Below the pieces are notes generated by a model, which saw nothing but the letters and a program-made list of their open reading frames with translations, did no database searches and had not been told where the DNA came from. This document shows, piece after piece, positions 12,131 through 23,071 of a DNA stretch of 64,000 bases (position 1 is its first letter; the number at the start of each line of letters is the position of its first letter). Both the position numbers and the translations under genes were made by a program. The DNA is from Camelus ferus (Eukaryota): assembly GCF_009834535.1 (NCBI RefSeq), contig NC_045696.1, positions 108,936,001-109,000,000 of the forward strand. Direction: 5' to 3'.

Positions 12131-12570
12131 TGTCCTAATTTGAGTCCCCCTGAAAGCAGAGCCTGAGAAAAGGTGTCAGATACAGGGAATTTATTTAGGA
12201 AGTGATCCCAGAGAGCAGGAGGGAAGATTTGGGAAGGGCAAGTTGGGCGGTGGAAGATTCCATGCTCCTGGGACCTCTGAGAAGCGTACAGACTGTGCCC
12301 CCAGAACTGTCCACTCAAGAACAGGAAGTGGGTCATTTATCACAGCTCCCATGTCCCACTGGGTAAGGGATGACAAGGCCCTCCCTCTTCCAGACTATTT
12401 CTGAGGTTCTCTTGTTTGCAGGTGTGCGGGTCTCTGAAGCTTCAGGGAGGGATTGAGGCAGAGAGGCAGAGAGGTGAGAGGTGCACTTGAGGTGGGACTG
12501 GCTCACAGGCAACTTTCCACCAGGGCTGCCGCTGAACCCAGAGGGGCCCTGGCAGCATCCACTTCCGTGA
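12131..12570 (-). mobile_element. Old ERVL-type LTR (LTR16-like)
   Basis: TGTCCTAATTTGAGTCCCCCTGAAAGCAGAGCCTGAG...TTTATTTAGGAAGTGATCCCAG resembles the recalled reverse LTR16 end. Minus-strand AATAAA present. Confidence 0.45.
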
Positions 12571-13139
12571 ACACACTCTCCCCCAGCCGCCGCGACTACC
12601 TCTCACGCGGCCCTGCTCCTCTGGACTGAGATGGCCCTTTTAGCTGTCTGCATCCCTCACTCGGCAGGGATTTCCTGGCAACAGGGATGACGGTCATACC
12701 CATCACTGTATCCCCAGTGCCAAACTGGGAGCGCAGCACAGAGGACATCCTCAGAGAGACTTGCTAAATGACTGGGTGAGCAGAAGCACGCCTCACGTAA
12801 CAGATACTCAGGACAGTCCACCTCGGGTGATACTGCTTTCTGAATGGAGACAGAGAAGGCACGGCTTTCTGATCAAGTTGCAGAGAATCATCCAGTCTGA
12901 GTGGGTTGGAGTTCCTTTTTCATTCAAGATGGAGTAATGGAGACCAGGTTTGCCCTCTGATCTGAAGCAACTACAAACCCAGATAAAAGACACAGAACAA
13001 TGGCGCTAAAGACATTGGGCAACAAAGAAGGCATATCCCCGAGAAACTGAATGAGGGAGCCCTATGACTCATTAGACTGGGGCCCAGTTCAATGCTTGGA
13101 GAAAGCTTCCAGGCAGGGGTGCAGGGTACAGGATGGAGA

Positions 13140-13322
13140 GACAGATCACAAAGGGGCACAAGGAAACATTTTAGGGTGATGATAGGTTCACCGTCTTGAT
13201 TGCAGAGATCATCTCACAGGTATATACAAAACTTATGTCAAAACTCATCAAAGTGTACACTTTCAACTCCTCCATTGTATTGTATGTAATTATACTTTAA
13301 CGAAGCTGTTTTTTAAAAAAAT
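13140..13322 (+). mobile_element. Old L1 (L1MB/MC-type) 3' end
   Basis: AAGGGGCACAAGGAAACATTTTAGGGTGATG...GTCAAAACTCATCAAAGTGTACACTTT...A-rich tail. Confidence 0.75.
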
Positions 13323-13386
13323 AAACGAGGAGACAGGTATTTCTGCTACTTAATGGGCAATAATCTACATTAGAAAAACACATGCA

Positions 13387-13497
13387 GGGGAGTGGGGGTG
13401 TACCTCATGGTAGAGTGTGTGCTTATCATGCACGAAGTCCTAGGTTCAATCCTCAAGACCTCTATTCAAAATAAAAGTAATAACATTAAAAAATAAA
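13387..13497 (+). mobile_element. tRNA-derived camelid SINE (Vic-1-like), diverged
   Basis: GGGGAGTGGGGGTGTACCTCATGGTAGAG...GTCCTAGGTTCAATCC with an A-rich tail, homologous to five other copies here. Confidence 0.85.
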
Positions 13498-14936
13498 GCT
13501 TAAAAAATCTGTGGTGTGTTAATAACAACAAAATGTATAAAAAAAGAAAAACACAAGCAGAAATTCATTAAAGAGTGTATAAATAATCAATATCTTTCTG
13601 GTAAGATCCTTATCCCTCTGCTTTTTGACAAACAATCTTTGTCTAAGATTTGGATGCAGTTTCCAATGAGGGTTCGGAATTTTGCCCAGCAGGCCCACAG
13701 AACTGAACACGCATTTATAAGTTCCACATGAGTCACCTTCCCATCCAGATCAGAGCCGCTTGCTGTGGGAGGGTGCACCAGGTTCACCGGGCCACACGCG
13801 AGGCAGTTTCCTCTGGGGACGCAGACTTGTTCCCCCGGAGGCTGTCCTGCAGCTTCCCTGCCACAATGGGGTCGTTGTCACCGCCTTTCTGAGATGTCCA
13901 TCCTTTGTGCTGTCTGCATGTGCCCACCACCCTGCTCGTGGACCTCTCAGGCTCCCCCGACCCTGGAGGCTGGAGCTGCTGGCTCCTCCCCTGACCACTC
14001 CCCCCTACTGTCACCAAATGCTCTGCTCTGGGCAAAGAGAGTTGCTTGAGCCCCTAGTGGAGTGATTCCTCCCACTTTCACTCCCCATTTCCCTGGCAAA
14101 ATAGCTTCAGTTCCTAAGGCCACTGTTTGATCTCCGCCCAAGAGTAGGAGGGTGCCCCGGAGTGTACTGAAGTACAGCCGGACGCTCCTTTCTCTTCAGG
14201 ACCTGAGGCTAAGTCTGGACACCGTGCCAAACCTTGTCCACGCTGATGTGATCTTTTATCCTCGGGGCCCTGTGGTCCTTCCTGACAACCTGGCATCTCT
14301 CTGCACAATGCATTCCTCCCCCACACCCCCAATCTGCCGTCAAGCTGTATGCAACGGAATCTCCAGTGCGGGCAGGGCTCTAGTTGCTTCCTGCTGGGAT
14401 GCTGAGCCCAGGGAAAGTCAGCCCAGGTGGGTGGAGTGACCATCGCACTCCCCAGGGACCCTAGGCTGGCCTGTGCAAAGCTCTGGAGGGGGGTCCTGTC
14501 CTCTAGGCTCTGCCTCTTGCCCCAGCTACTGTTGAGGGGGATGCAGAAGTGCTATGGGAGGCAAGGTTGTAAACTGCAGGGGCTTATCTTAGAAAGTCCT
14601 GGACCCTGGAAAAGGAGGCCGTGCCGTGCTATGGCTGGCACTTTGGATGGAAGTGTGTCAGGAAGAAGGGAGTCTGAGAGGACATCGTCATGACCGGGGA
14701 AGCTGCCTTCACTAGGGTCCTATTGAGGCACACAAGCTCAGCTATCGAGCTGGGTGTCAGGAGTGAGTGAAGGAAGAGGCCTGATCTGATGTCATAGCCG
14801 ACACCCTGTGGCCGACTGCTGCTGCTCCTGTGACACCCCAGGTGGGACGTGAAGTCTCACGTCCTCCCCAGCAGCTCCATGAAGCAAGCCCAGCAGTGCC
14901 CAGTGCTCATACTGTGGAGAGAATCCCAACGCAAGT

Positions 14937-14964
14937 GGCTCCGGAGCTCCGGAGCTCCGGAGCC
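14937..14964. repeat. Perfect 28-bp palindrome made of (GCTCCGGA)3
   Basis: GGCTCCGGAGCTCCGGAGCTCCGGAGCC equals its own reverse complement. Confidence 0.95.
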
Positions 14965-15125
14965 TATCTCTGTCCAGTGGCCAGGCCCAGGTCCTCATCT
15001 CTCACCTGGGTTCCTGCAGCAAGATTTCTGCCTCCAGTCCTGGGCCCTCCCAGCCAGGCTTTTCCACTCTGCTACCAGGGAGGGTTTTCTAAGACAATTT
15101 TGCCCACAGGCCCCCACCAGCTCCT

Positions 15126-15140
15126 GGGGGGGGGGGGGGG
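15126..15140 (+). repeat. G15 homopolymer
   Basis: 15 consecutive G. Confidence 0.9.
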
Positions 15141-15988
15141 AATGTGCGATCCTGGCTCCATCTATCTCTTGATTGCACCTCCTGATGTCTCCCACCTACC
15201 TGGCCCCACGTTTCTGCCGCTCTGGACCTGTGGTCCTCCATCCCACTTACCAGACCCTCCCACCTTCGGTGTTTTAGAGGCAGGAAGCAGAGGACAGGGA
15301 GAAGGTGGAGATGCAGGAGGGAGGGAGAATGGAGACCCAGGGATTGATGAGAGCTGAGGGATGGAGGACAGAACGTGGTGCTGACCAGCATGGGTGGGAA
15401 GTGAGTGGACGGAGATTGAAGAGGTCATGTCCTAAGCTCCGTGATCTAAATTAGGTAGGACGTGGAATCAAGTTAAAACTGCAACTGCAACCCGGTGAGC
15501 TACATCTTCTCAGAGCACATTGATGCGCACACGTGTGCCCATGCCCACACATCCACACGCACAGTGCACACACATCTACACATCCACGTGCACACATGCC
15601 CCCCCACCCCTAAGTGTGTTTGGCCTGTTCCCCTGCAGTGGGCAGAAGCAGAGATTTCCTGAGGGTCCCCTCAGAGGGGTGAGGCTGAGCCTCTGGCTGG
15701 ATGGAGCAAACAGTCCCAGAAACAGACACAAACATCCATAAGTGTTTAGTTCATGAGAAAGTCTGCATTCCAAAACAACAGAGGACATGCTAGGCTATTT
15801 AATAAACTGCCTGGAGGCAATCAGGAAAAAGAAGCGCACATCACACCCCAGAGCATATCCAGATGGGTTTAATGGAAACATGAACCGTGATCCAATTGGG
15901 AAAAAACATAGGTAAACAGCTTTTTAAAAAGTTATTTGTTGATTTTTAAATGTTTTTTTTAACGGTTTTTTAAAAAATCATTTATTGT

Positions 15989-16112
15989 GAGGAGAGTACA
16001 GCTCAGTGGTAGAGTGAGTGCTTAGCATGCAAAAGGCACTGGGTTCAATCTCCAGTACCTCCAGTAAAAAATAAATGAATAAATAAATAAACCTAATTAC
16101 CCCCCCCAAAAA
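15989..16112 (+). mobile_element. tRNA-derived camelid SINE (Vic-1-like)
   Basis: A box CAGCTCAGTGGTAG, B box GGTTCAATCT, tail AATAAATAAACCTAATTACCCCCCCC. Imperfect TSD AAAAATCATTT / AAAATTCATTT. Confidence 0.9.
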
Positions 16113-16645
16113 ATTCATTTGGTAATGATAGCTTTCTAAGCCTAGAGTAAAGGCAGAAACCATAATGTAAACAGTGATCAGATTTGACTAAGTGAGAAAG
16201 GATTATAATCCCCACTTTGCAGGCAAAGAAGCTGAGGCCTAAAAAGATCAGAGGACTAGCAAGTGTGGATGGTGACAGCCACCAACACCTGAGGCACATT
16301 TTCCTAAGAGATGAATGTCTTCCAAGGCCACTGGATCAGAGCATAAACGCCATTGTCCCCCGGGGCTGGGCCTTGGAGAGGGAGGCAGAGGGGCCGTGTG
16401 CAGGCGTGTGACGGGAAGACCCTGGAGAAGGGAGACCTCATGCCCCAGAGAAAGGGGATGGAGTCCCCCTGCCCCCTGAGCACCATTAACCAAGGCGGGG
16501 AGGGGACAAGGGGGCAGCTATGAGACGTTCAGAGGCTCAGGGACTGAACGTTAAGCCTCCTGTTTTGTATTTTCACAGAGGGGAGAAAACAACGGACAGG
16601 AGAAAGAAGCCAAACTTCAGGCCAGACTGGAGGCCTGTGTCCTCC

Positions 16646-17135
16646 TGATGCAGGAAAAAGAATATGGGGCGAGAGGAGGGCAGTGTCCCTGGGACGCGCC
16701 CCGCCAAGTGTGGGTCCTTGGCTTCGCACAGGAAAGACGTCAAGAGCGAGCCACAGTTGAGTAAAGGTTGATTTATTCAGAGAGATACATACTCTGTAGA
16801 CAGAGTGCAGGCTGTCTCAGAAGGCAGGAGAAAGGCCACGAGGTGCAGAGGTGGGTGTTTAGTTGACAGTAAAAGTGGTTACACGCTCCGAAGACAGGAG
16901 CGCGGGCGTCTCGCTCAGAAGGGAGAGCAGCGCGGGACGCGGTGGGTGTTAGTTTTATGGGCTTGGAAGCTTCATGTGCTAACAAATGGGAGGGTCCTTC
17001 CAACTACTTTGGGAAAGGGGCTGGGATTCCCAGGAATTGGGTCACTGCCCACTTTTTGACCTTTTATTTTTAGCCTCAGAACTGTTATGGCACCTGTGGG
17101 AGTGCCATTTTTGTATGCTAATGTATTTTTATTCT
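16646..17135 (-). mobile_element. ERV1-class LTR, partial
   Basis: TG terminus at 16646. GTCCTTGGCTTCGCACAGGAAAG...GAGCGAGCCACAG followed by a minus-strand AATAAA (TTTATT ~16772). Internal ~94-bp tandem duplication and retained CpGs. Confidence 0.7.
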
Positions 17136-18268
17136 CTGACCTAGGACTCTCACATTTTCTACGGGCAACCATGAAGCTGTGGCCACAGGCTAACTGATTA
17201 TCTTACACGTAGGATAAAATATAAGACTCTTCAGTTTTTGACAAGATGACGGGCCATTTTAATATGATTATTTAATTTTCTCTCACTTCTGGAAAGTTTT
17301 CTTGAATGCACTTTTAAATATTTGTTTTGTTCCTTCTTCATTTCTGCAGGATCGGTATATTTCCTCCCTTCCTTACAACTTTCCCTTCACTGCCAGTCTA
17401 CAAGGACGTAACTGATCTCTACTTACTAGATTATCTCGCAGAAGCTATGTCGCAGTCAGTTCCAGTCCTGTTCACTCCTAAGCCATTTTCCCTTCAGCTG
17501 ATGCTGTGAACTGCCATGTCCCACACCCGCATTCAGTGTTTTGATACTTATTGTTGCCGTTTCTTTTTCTGTATGGTTCTGTCTGTGCCCTCTTTTCCTT
17601 ATTTCCCTTTTCACAGGTTCTCCTAAGCCGCTCCTCCTCTGCTCTCCTGCCTGCAGAAGCTCTGTTGGAACATGGTGTCTATTTCTCAGCTTACAGTTAG
17701 TTGACAGTTTGTGGTGGTCTCTGTCTCCTAGTGACTTTAAGTTGTGGAACAGGGATGATTTCAGCTATAATGAAATGTCCTGTATTTTATCTGGCAACCC
17801 TACCCTAACCTAACCCTACACTGGAGAGCAGAGGGAAGAAAGATGGCTCTACCTTGTAAACCCCTGACCTGTCTCTGCTGAACAGAGCTGAGAAAAGCTG
17901 GAAATGTCTGCTCTCTGTTTGGACACTCAGTCTCATGGTCTCTTATTTGCCAGCACATTCTCAGGGCCCCCTGTATTTAACCTAGGGAATGAGGACACTG
18001 TTGCTTTTGGTTTTCAGCCTGTTAGAACTCCCACCTGGCCCCTTGCCAACAGCTCCAACACCTGCCCCACCACATACACATATACACACCCAGACCCTCT
18101 GCCGAAACCCCACACTGAAGGATCTTGGCCGGGCACTGCCTCCACCTCGAGCTCAAGAAAAGAGTGTTAACCAATTGCCCATGCAGGACTTCTCTCGCTC
18201 AAAAACAACACATTTCTTAATTCCAATGGACATGGGTATCTCAAACTCACTGCAAAGTCCTCCTAGAT

Positions 18269-18386
18269 TTTTTAAAAATTTATTTTGGAAAGAAAGTTTC
18301 TATTTATTTTTAATGGAGGTACTGGGGATTGAATCCAGGACCTTGTGCATGTTAAGCACACAGTCTACCACTGAGATATACCCTCC
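18269..18386 (-). mobile_element. tRNA-derived camelid SINE (Vic-1-like)
   Basis: GGAGGTACTGGGGATTGAATCCAGGACC...CTACCACTGAGATATACCCTCC. Exact 11-bp TSD TCCTCCTAGAT at 18258-18268 and 18388-18398. Confidence 0.92.
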
Positions 18387-18879
18387 ATCCTCCTAGATCT
18401 TTTGGTCACCCACTCCCCATCCTTATCTATGAGTTTTCCTGCTCACAGTTATACAGAAGTCTCCATTGTTTCCTCTTCTATGCCTAAATACTTATAAGAA
18501 GCTAATAATTAACCTTTATACAAAACTCTAAGTTTCCTGTATATTCTTTTCCTATGTCTGTAATGATTAGTTCTCAGTCCAGCTCTGACTGAAAAACCAT
18601 GAGCTCTGACCCTGACAGAGCCTCGGTCAGTCACAGTCTAGCATGTGACTTTGGCCAATTCACTGAGCCTCCCTGAGGCTTCTACCCCTCTTCTATAAAA
18701 CGGAACTGTGACAAGTGACTTTGAGCCGAATCTTACACTATTAGAAACCATTGGCCTCATAGGGGAAAAAATTTGCAAACTCCACATTCAAACTAGGTCT
18801 TATCCTTTGAGAAGCATACAGATTAACAGGGAAAAATGCAAATTTCATCTGCAGCAGAACTAGGGACTAATTAGTCGGA

Positions 18880-19265
18880 TTTCAACATATCCACACTGAA
18901 ATACTATGCAGGCATTAAAAATGAGAAAGTGCTTTCATTCCTCACAACTATAAGAGGTGGACTTTTTAGTGAGAAAGCAAGATGGGAAGTAGTATGTATA
19001 ACATGCTGTGTTTTGCATAAGAAAGGAGAAATATAAAAATGTACTTTATTTGCTTATATTTATATAAGTAATACACAGAACTTCATAAAAGTGGTAAAAT
19101 CTGGTGTGAAGATGGGGACAGTGGTGCAGAGCACAGTGCTTCAAGGCAAGGGTGAGATTTTTCACTACATGTCATTTTATATTGTTTTGATTTTGGAACC
19201 ATGTGAATATATAACTTATTCAATAATAAAAATAGGAAGCTGGATATTTAAAAAAATTAAAAATA
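18880..19265 (+). mobile_element. Ancient L1 (L1ME/MC-type) 3' end
   Basis: GAAATACTATGCAGGCATTAAAAATGAG...AGTGAGAAAGCAAG...GAACCATGTGAATATATAACTTATTCAA. Confidence 0.65.
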
Positions 19266-19324
19266 AAGTCTACCTCTAAAACTTGCCAGTTAAATGAAAC
19301 TATGTATGTGCTATATGTGTGTGT

Positions 19325-19327
<3 letters not shown>

Positions 19328-19373
<46 letters not shown>
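19328..19373 (+). repeat. (GT)n microsatellite
   Basis: Uninterrupted run of more than 20 TG units. Confidence 0.95.
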
Positions 19374-19375
<2 letters not shown>

Positions 19376-19429
19376 TGCCCAGAAATCTATGGCATGTGAT
19401 AAGCATTCATTAAATGTAGCATGCTTCCC

Positions 19430-20340
19430 TCTTTTACGGTTATTTTTTCTAATTATGAGATTATATATTTTGATAGAGAAAGTTTTGCAAGTTAGAGAAA
19501 AGTCTAAGGAAAAAATAATTCGCCATTATCCCCATGCTAAAGGTAAATCTGTTAACATTTTGCGTATTGCTTTTCAATCTTTATATTTTTATTTAAATAT
19601 TTTTACATAGGGCTGTATATATAATTTTTTATCCTGCATTTACCTTAAAGCAAAATCATCCTTTGCAACTTCTGTTTTTATCTGCAGGATACTCCGTTAT
19701 ATAAATGGTCTTTGTCACCTGTTTACTTGTCCACGTTCCCATGGCCCTGCCATCTCCCTGGGGACAGGGGCTATGTCTTACTCATCTTTGTGTCCCCTGT
19801 GTGTGACTTGTAAGGGCTCTTGATAAATGTCAGTTGAATAAATACGCAAATTAATTATTCAAAATTATCTAAGGGGTCCCTTATTGTTGAGTGTTTGGGT
19901 CATTTCTAGTTGTTTTTATTCCTCCAAATAACGCTAGCACAATCATTCGTCTACACAAATCACAAATCACCGTGCACATCTTTACTTGTTTCCTTAGGCA
20001 AAATTCCTAGAAGTGGAATTACTGGCTCAATGGATAGGAAAAAATTTAAGGTTGTTGAAATCACACTGCTAATTTGCCTTCCAAAAAGTTGTCCCAGGAT
20101 GCACTCAGCAGCTGCTACGGGAGGCCTGGTACTGACGCTCCCTGAAGTTAGGAGCTCCCACACCTTAAACTTCTGCTCAATGCACGGGGAAGAAAAAAGG
20201 CAACCTAGTACTTGCATTTAAATGTCTTTCATTGTTTTAGTGAGTTAGAACAGGTTTTCAGATTTTATTAGCCGTGAATTCTTTTTAAGCAGGTGTCTGC
20301 TCATATACATTGTCCCTCTTATCTGCTTGGCCCTTCATTT
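19430..20340 (-). mobile_element. Ancient L1 (L1ME-type) fragments with a short L2 tail inside
   Basis: TTCCTTAGGCAAAATTCCTAGAAGTGGAATTACTGGCTCAA and GCTAATTTGCCTTCCAAAAAGTTG are reverse L1 ORF2-end motifs. An L2 tail AAATGTCAGTTGAATAAAT lies at ~19825. Confidence 0.6.
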
Positions 20341-20349
20341 TCTTCTTCT

Positions 20350-20440
20350 TCTTTTTTTTTTTTTTTAATTGAAGTATAGTCAGTTACAATGTGTCAATTT
20401 CTGGTGTGCAGCACATTGTCGCAGTCATGTGTACACATGT
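20350..20440 (-). mobile_element. Very short lineage-specific L1 3' tail
   Basis: PolyT followed by AATTGAAGTATAGTCAGTTACAATGTGTCAATTTCTGGTG. Confidence 0.85.
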
Positions 20441-20549
20441 TTTTCTTCCACATCTTCTCTTTTTATGTTGTGAATCTCTCTGCTTGACTCCTGCTTCAGA
20501 GTTTACCTGCCTCTCCAGGGAATTTTTGTAGAGGTTTAGGGGAGATGTA

Positions 20550-20790
20550 CGTTTTGGGAAATTTCCAACAGACACAAAAGTAGAGAGACTAATACAACAA
20601 ACCCCCATGTCCCCATCACCCAACTTTGACAATTCTGAACACTTTGATAATTCATCTGTATATATGTTTCTTCCCCAACACACACGTACAGACATTTTAA
20701 AAACATTTTTTCCTTGAGTATTTTAGGCAAATCCTAGACATCATAGCATTTTATCCATAAATAGCCAAGGAATTTTTAAGCTGCCATATG
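20550..20790 (-). mobile_element. L1MC/ME-type 3' fragment
   Basis: CAGACACAAAAGTAGAGAGACTAATACAACAAACCCCCATGTCCCCATCACCC...GCAAATCCTAGACATCATA. Confidence 0.65.
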
Positions 20791-20999
20791 AGTATTTCTA
20801 TTTAAGAAGCACACGGATTGATTCCACAATAAGGAATTTATTTATAACAGTTCAGAATCCTCTATCATTTCTCCACATTTGGTTGACTCTTTGCATAAAA
20901 TGTGGCCTTTGTCCTTCTTCAGCCTAACTGCGTGGACCCCATGGGAGATCAGTGAACCATTGCAGCCCCACACTTAGGCCAGATGCAAGGCCAAGGCCT

Positions 21000-22420
21000 T
21001 GCCAAAGTCACACGGATCAGCGGGAGAGGCGAATCACCAATTTGCATTTGCTGAGCTTATAAACAACTCATCTTCAGTGTTTGCTAACTGATCGCCCACC
21101 TTAATCAAACTCATGATTTCAACAGTCTTAACACTGTTGAATCTGAGTTCATCTTTATTCAATAGAAGCGCATGTTGAGAGGGGAAAATGGGTTTCTTCC
21201 TCTCCCCTCCCTGTTAAACGGCATCTCTTTTTGCCAGGTCGGATGCAACGAATCCCGCTGCCCTCTCCTCTGCAGACTGCGCTTCGTGTTTTAAGTGGAG
21301 TTCGAGATGGTGGCAGTGTCTTTATTCCCTCTGTTGGAACCAACTTTTCCAATTTCAAATCTCCATAAACATCAGAGCGGAGGAAGCAGCTTCAAACGGG
21401 AGGACGATAGGTGTGCACGGTGGACAAGGAGAGAGAAAGAGAGATCATGGTTAAGACATGCCTGCAAGACAGCAAAAGTCTTTTTTAAAAAAATAAGTGC
21501 TTGCAAAGACATAACTGCAGCCAGGCTGGAAGAGGAGAAGGCCACGCCACCCCCCGCGGTCCGGCCTGCCGTTCCCTGTGCTAATCCCGGTGAGAGCAAC
21601 AGGAGCCGCCGGAATCTGAGCTGCCTGCCTGACTTCAGCAGCTGGCGCTGGAGGCGGGGGCTGTGGATCTGGGGAAGTTATGTTGTGCGAATGAAGAAAT
21701 ACCAGCTTGTCAAGGCTCGGACCATCCGTGGCCGGGATCCAGAGGCTGCTCCAGAAAAGTCGAAATGCCCTTTATGAACCAGCCCTTGCATGCGGGTCAA
21801 ACTTTCGCTCCCTGCCAGCCCTAGCCTGGTTTACTGCTGGTAGAGGGAGCGAGTGACAGCTCAGCCTGCCGCGGAGATCAGGGAACATTCTTGCTGTGTG
21901 TGCGTGAGTGTGCGTGCGTATGTATGCACGCGCGTGTCTATATGTGTGCATGTGCATGTCAGTGTACGTTGCACTCGCTGGGAGTTACAAAGCACCTCCT
22001 TCCAAATGAAGCCTGCTGTCAAGTGGTAAACAAGGCGGATTCTGGGGATTAGAACGTCAAGCCCAACCCAAAGCCAGCTCTTTGCTAATATGCATGGTGG
22101 CCGAGTGGTGCCCGGAAAGGTTTTTAAAGGCTGGAGGCGGCACGAGGTGTGTGAAACCAGAGCTTTGCCTTTCCGTGGAAAAAGCGAGAGGAGAACAGAA
22201 GGAGATGGGCTCTCTCACCCTGAAACGTGTTTCAAGGAGAATCTTTTGCATTAAAATAGATGCGCTCCCGAAATAATCTTGTTTTGAAACATCGGAAATC
22301 TTAGGAAGAGGAAAAGGCTAGCAATACACTTACCCTTTGAATCTGTTATAGCCCTTGCTATTTATAATTTATTTTTCCTCCATGTGGCTTAAAATAATCA
22401 ACGGACATTATCACATTAAC
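21000..22420. promoter_or_regulatory. Repeat-free CpG-enriched island, candidate regulatory element or noncoding exon
   Basis: No recognisable TE over ~1.4 kb, elevated CpG, octamer-like ATTTGCAT, a hairpin, splice and polyA-like signals, and an alternating purine-pyrimidine tract. Confidence 0.4.
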
Positions 22421-23071
22421 TCTTGCAATCCCCCCTGCCCTTCCACACACTCCTGTCCTTCAGGGCCACAGAGGACACAGCCCCGGCTCTGTGGATGTGG
22501 CTTCTGCTGCCCTGGCTCCTCTGGGCTCCCTGGCGGCCCCTGGCCAGGGAAGGCGTCCTGGTCACTATGGTTCATGGTTTTTCCTCGTCTGCACTGATGC
22601 CAGATGGCAGGGAGCCCACTGGAGGGAGACGTCGGGGCATCAGAGCCGGCAGGACCCTAGAGAGTCCCTAGGTCCCATCCTGGCTGCAGTGTCCTGACCT
22701 ATCGGTGTCACCGGGAGGCCCATGGCGAGTCATTGTTGTCCACAGTAAAGCGCTGGCACTTACAAATTGTTTACTTTTTAAAAGACAAATTAGAGAGAGT
22801 AGTAAAGTTACCATAAGAAAGGGTAAAAAATAGCAGCTCACATAGTATGTATGTGCTAACTTTACAGAAGTCACATAAAAATCATATTATCAGCTTCTCT
22901 TGGAAAGCCCAGGACTGGTGTCAGCCCTCGATGGGAGCTAAGTGTCCCTGCTCCTGCAGCTGGAAGTGGGACTCTCCCAGTGACATCGTGGGTCCCTGAG
23001 TGGGCTCACCACCTCTCCAGTGAAGGTACTGGTGGCCCCTCGCAGGCATTTGGGGTGTGACCTCTGGCAGG

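Noticed and set aside
21311..21322. TGGCAGTGTCTT, identical to the 5' end of miR-34a
   Set aside because: The match stops after 12 nt and I see no complementary precursor arm.
21295..21777. 160-aa ORF in the unique island
   Set aside because: GTG start, crosses simple purine and T/A tracts, and has no recognisable family.
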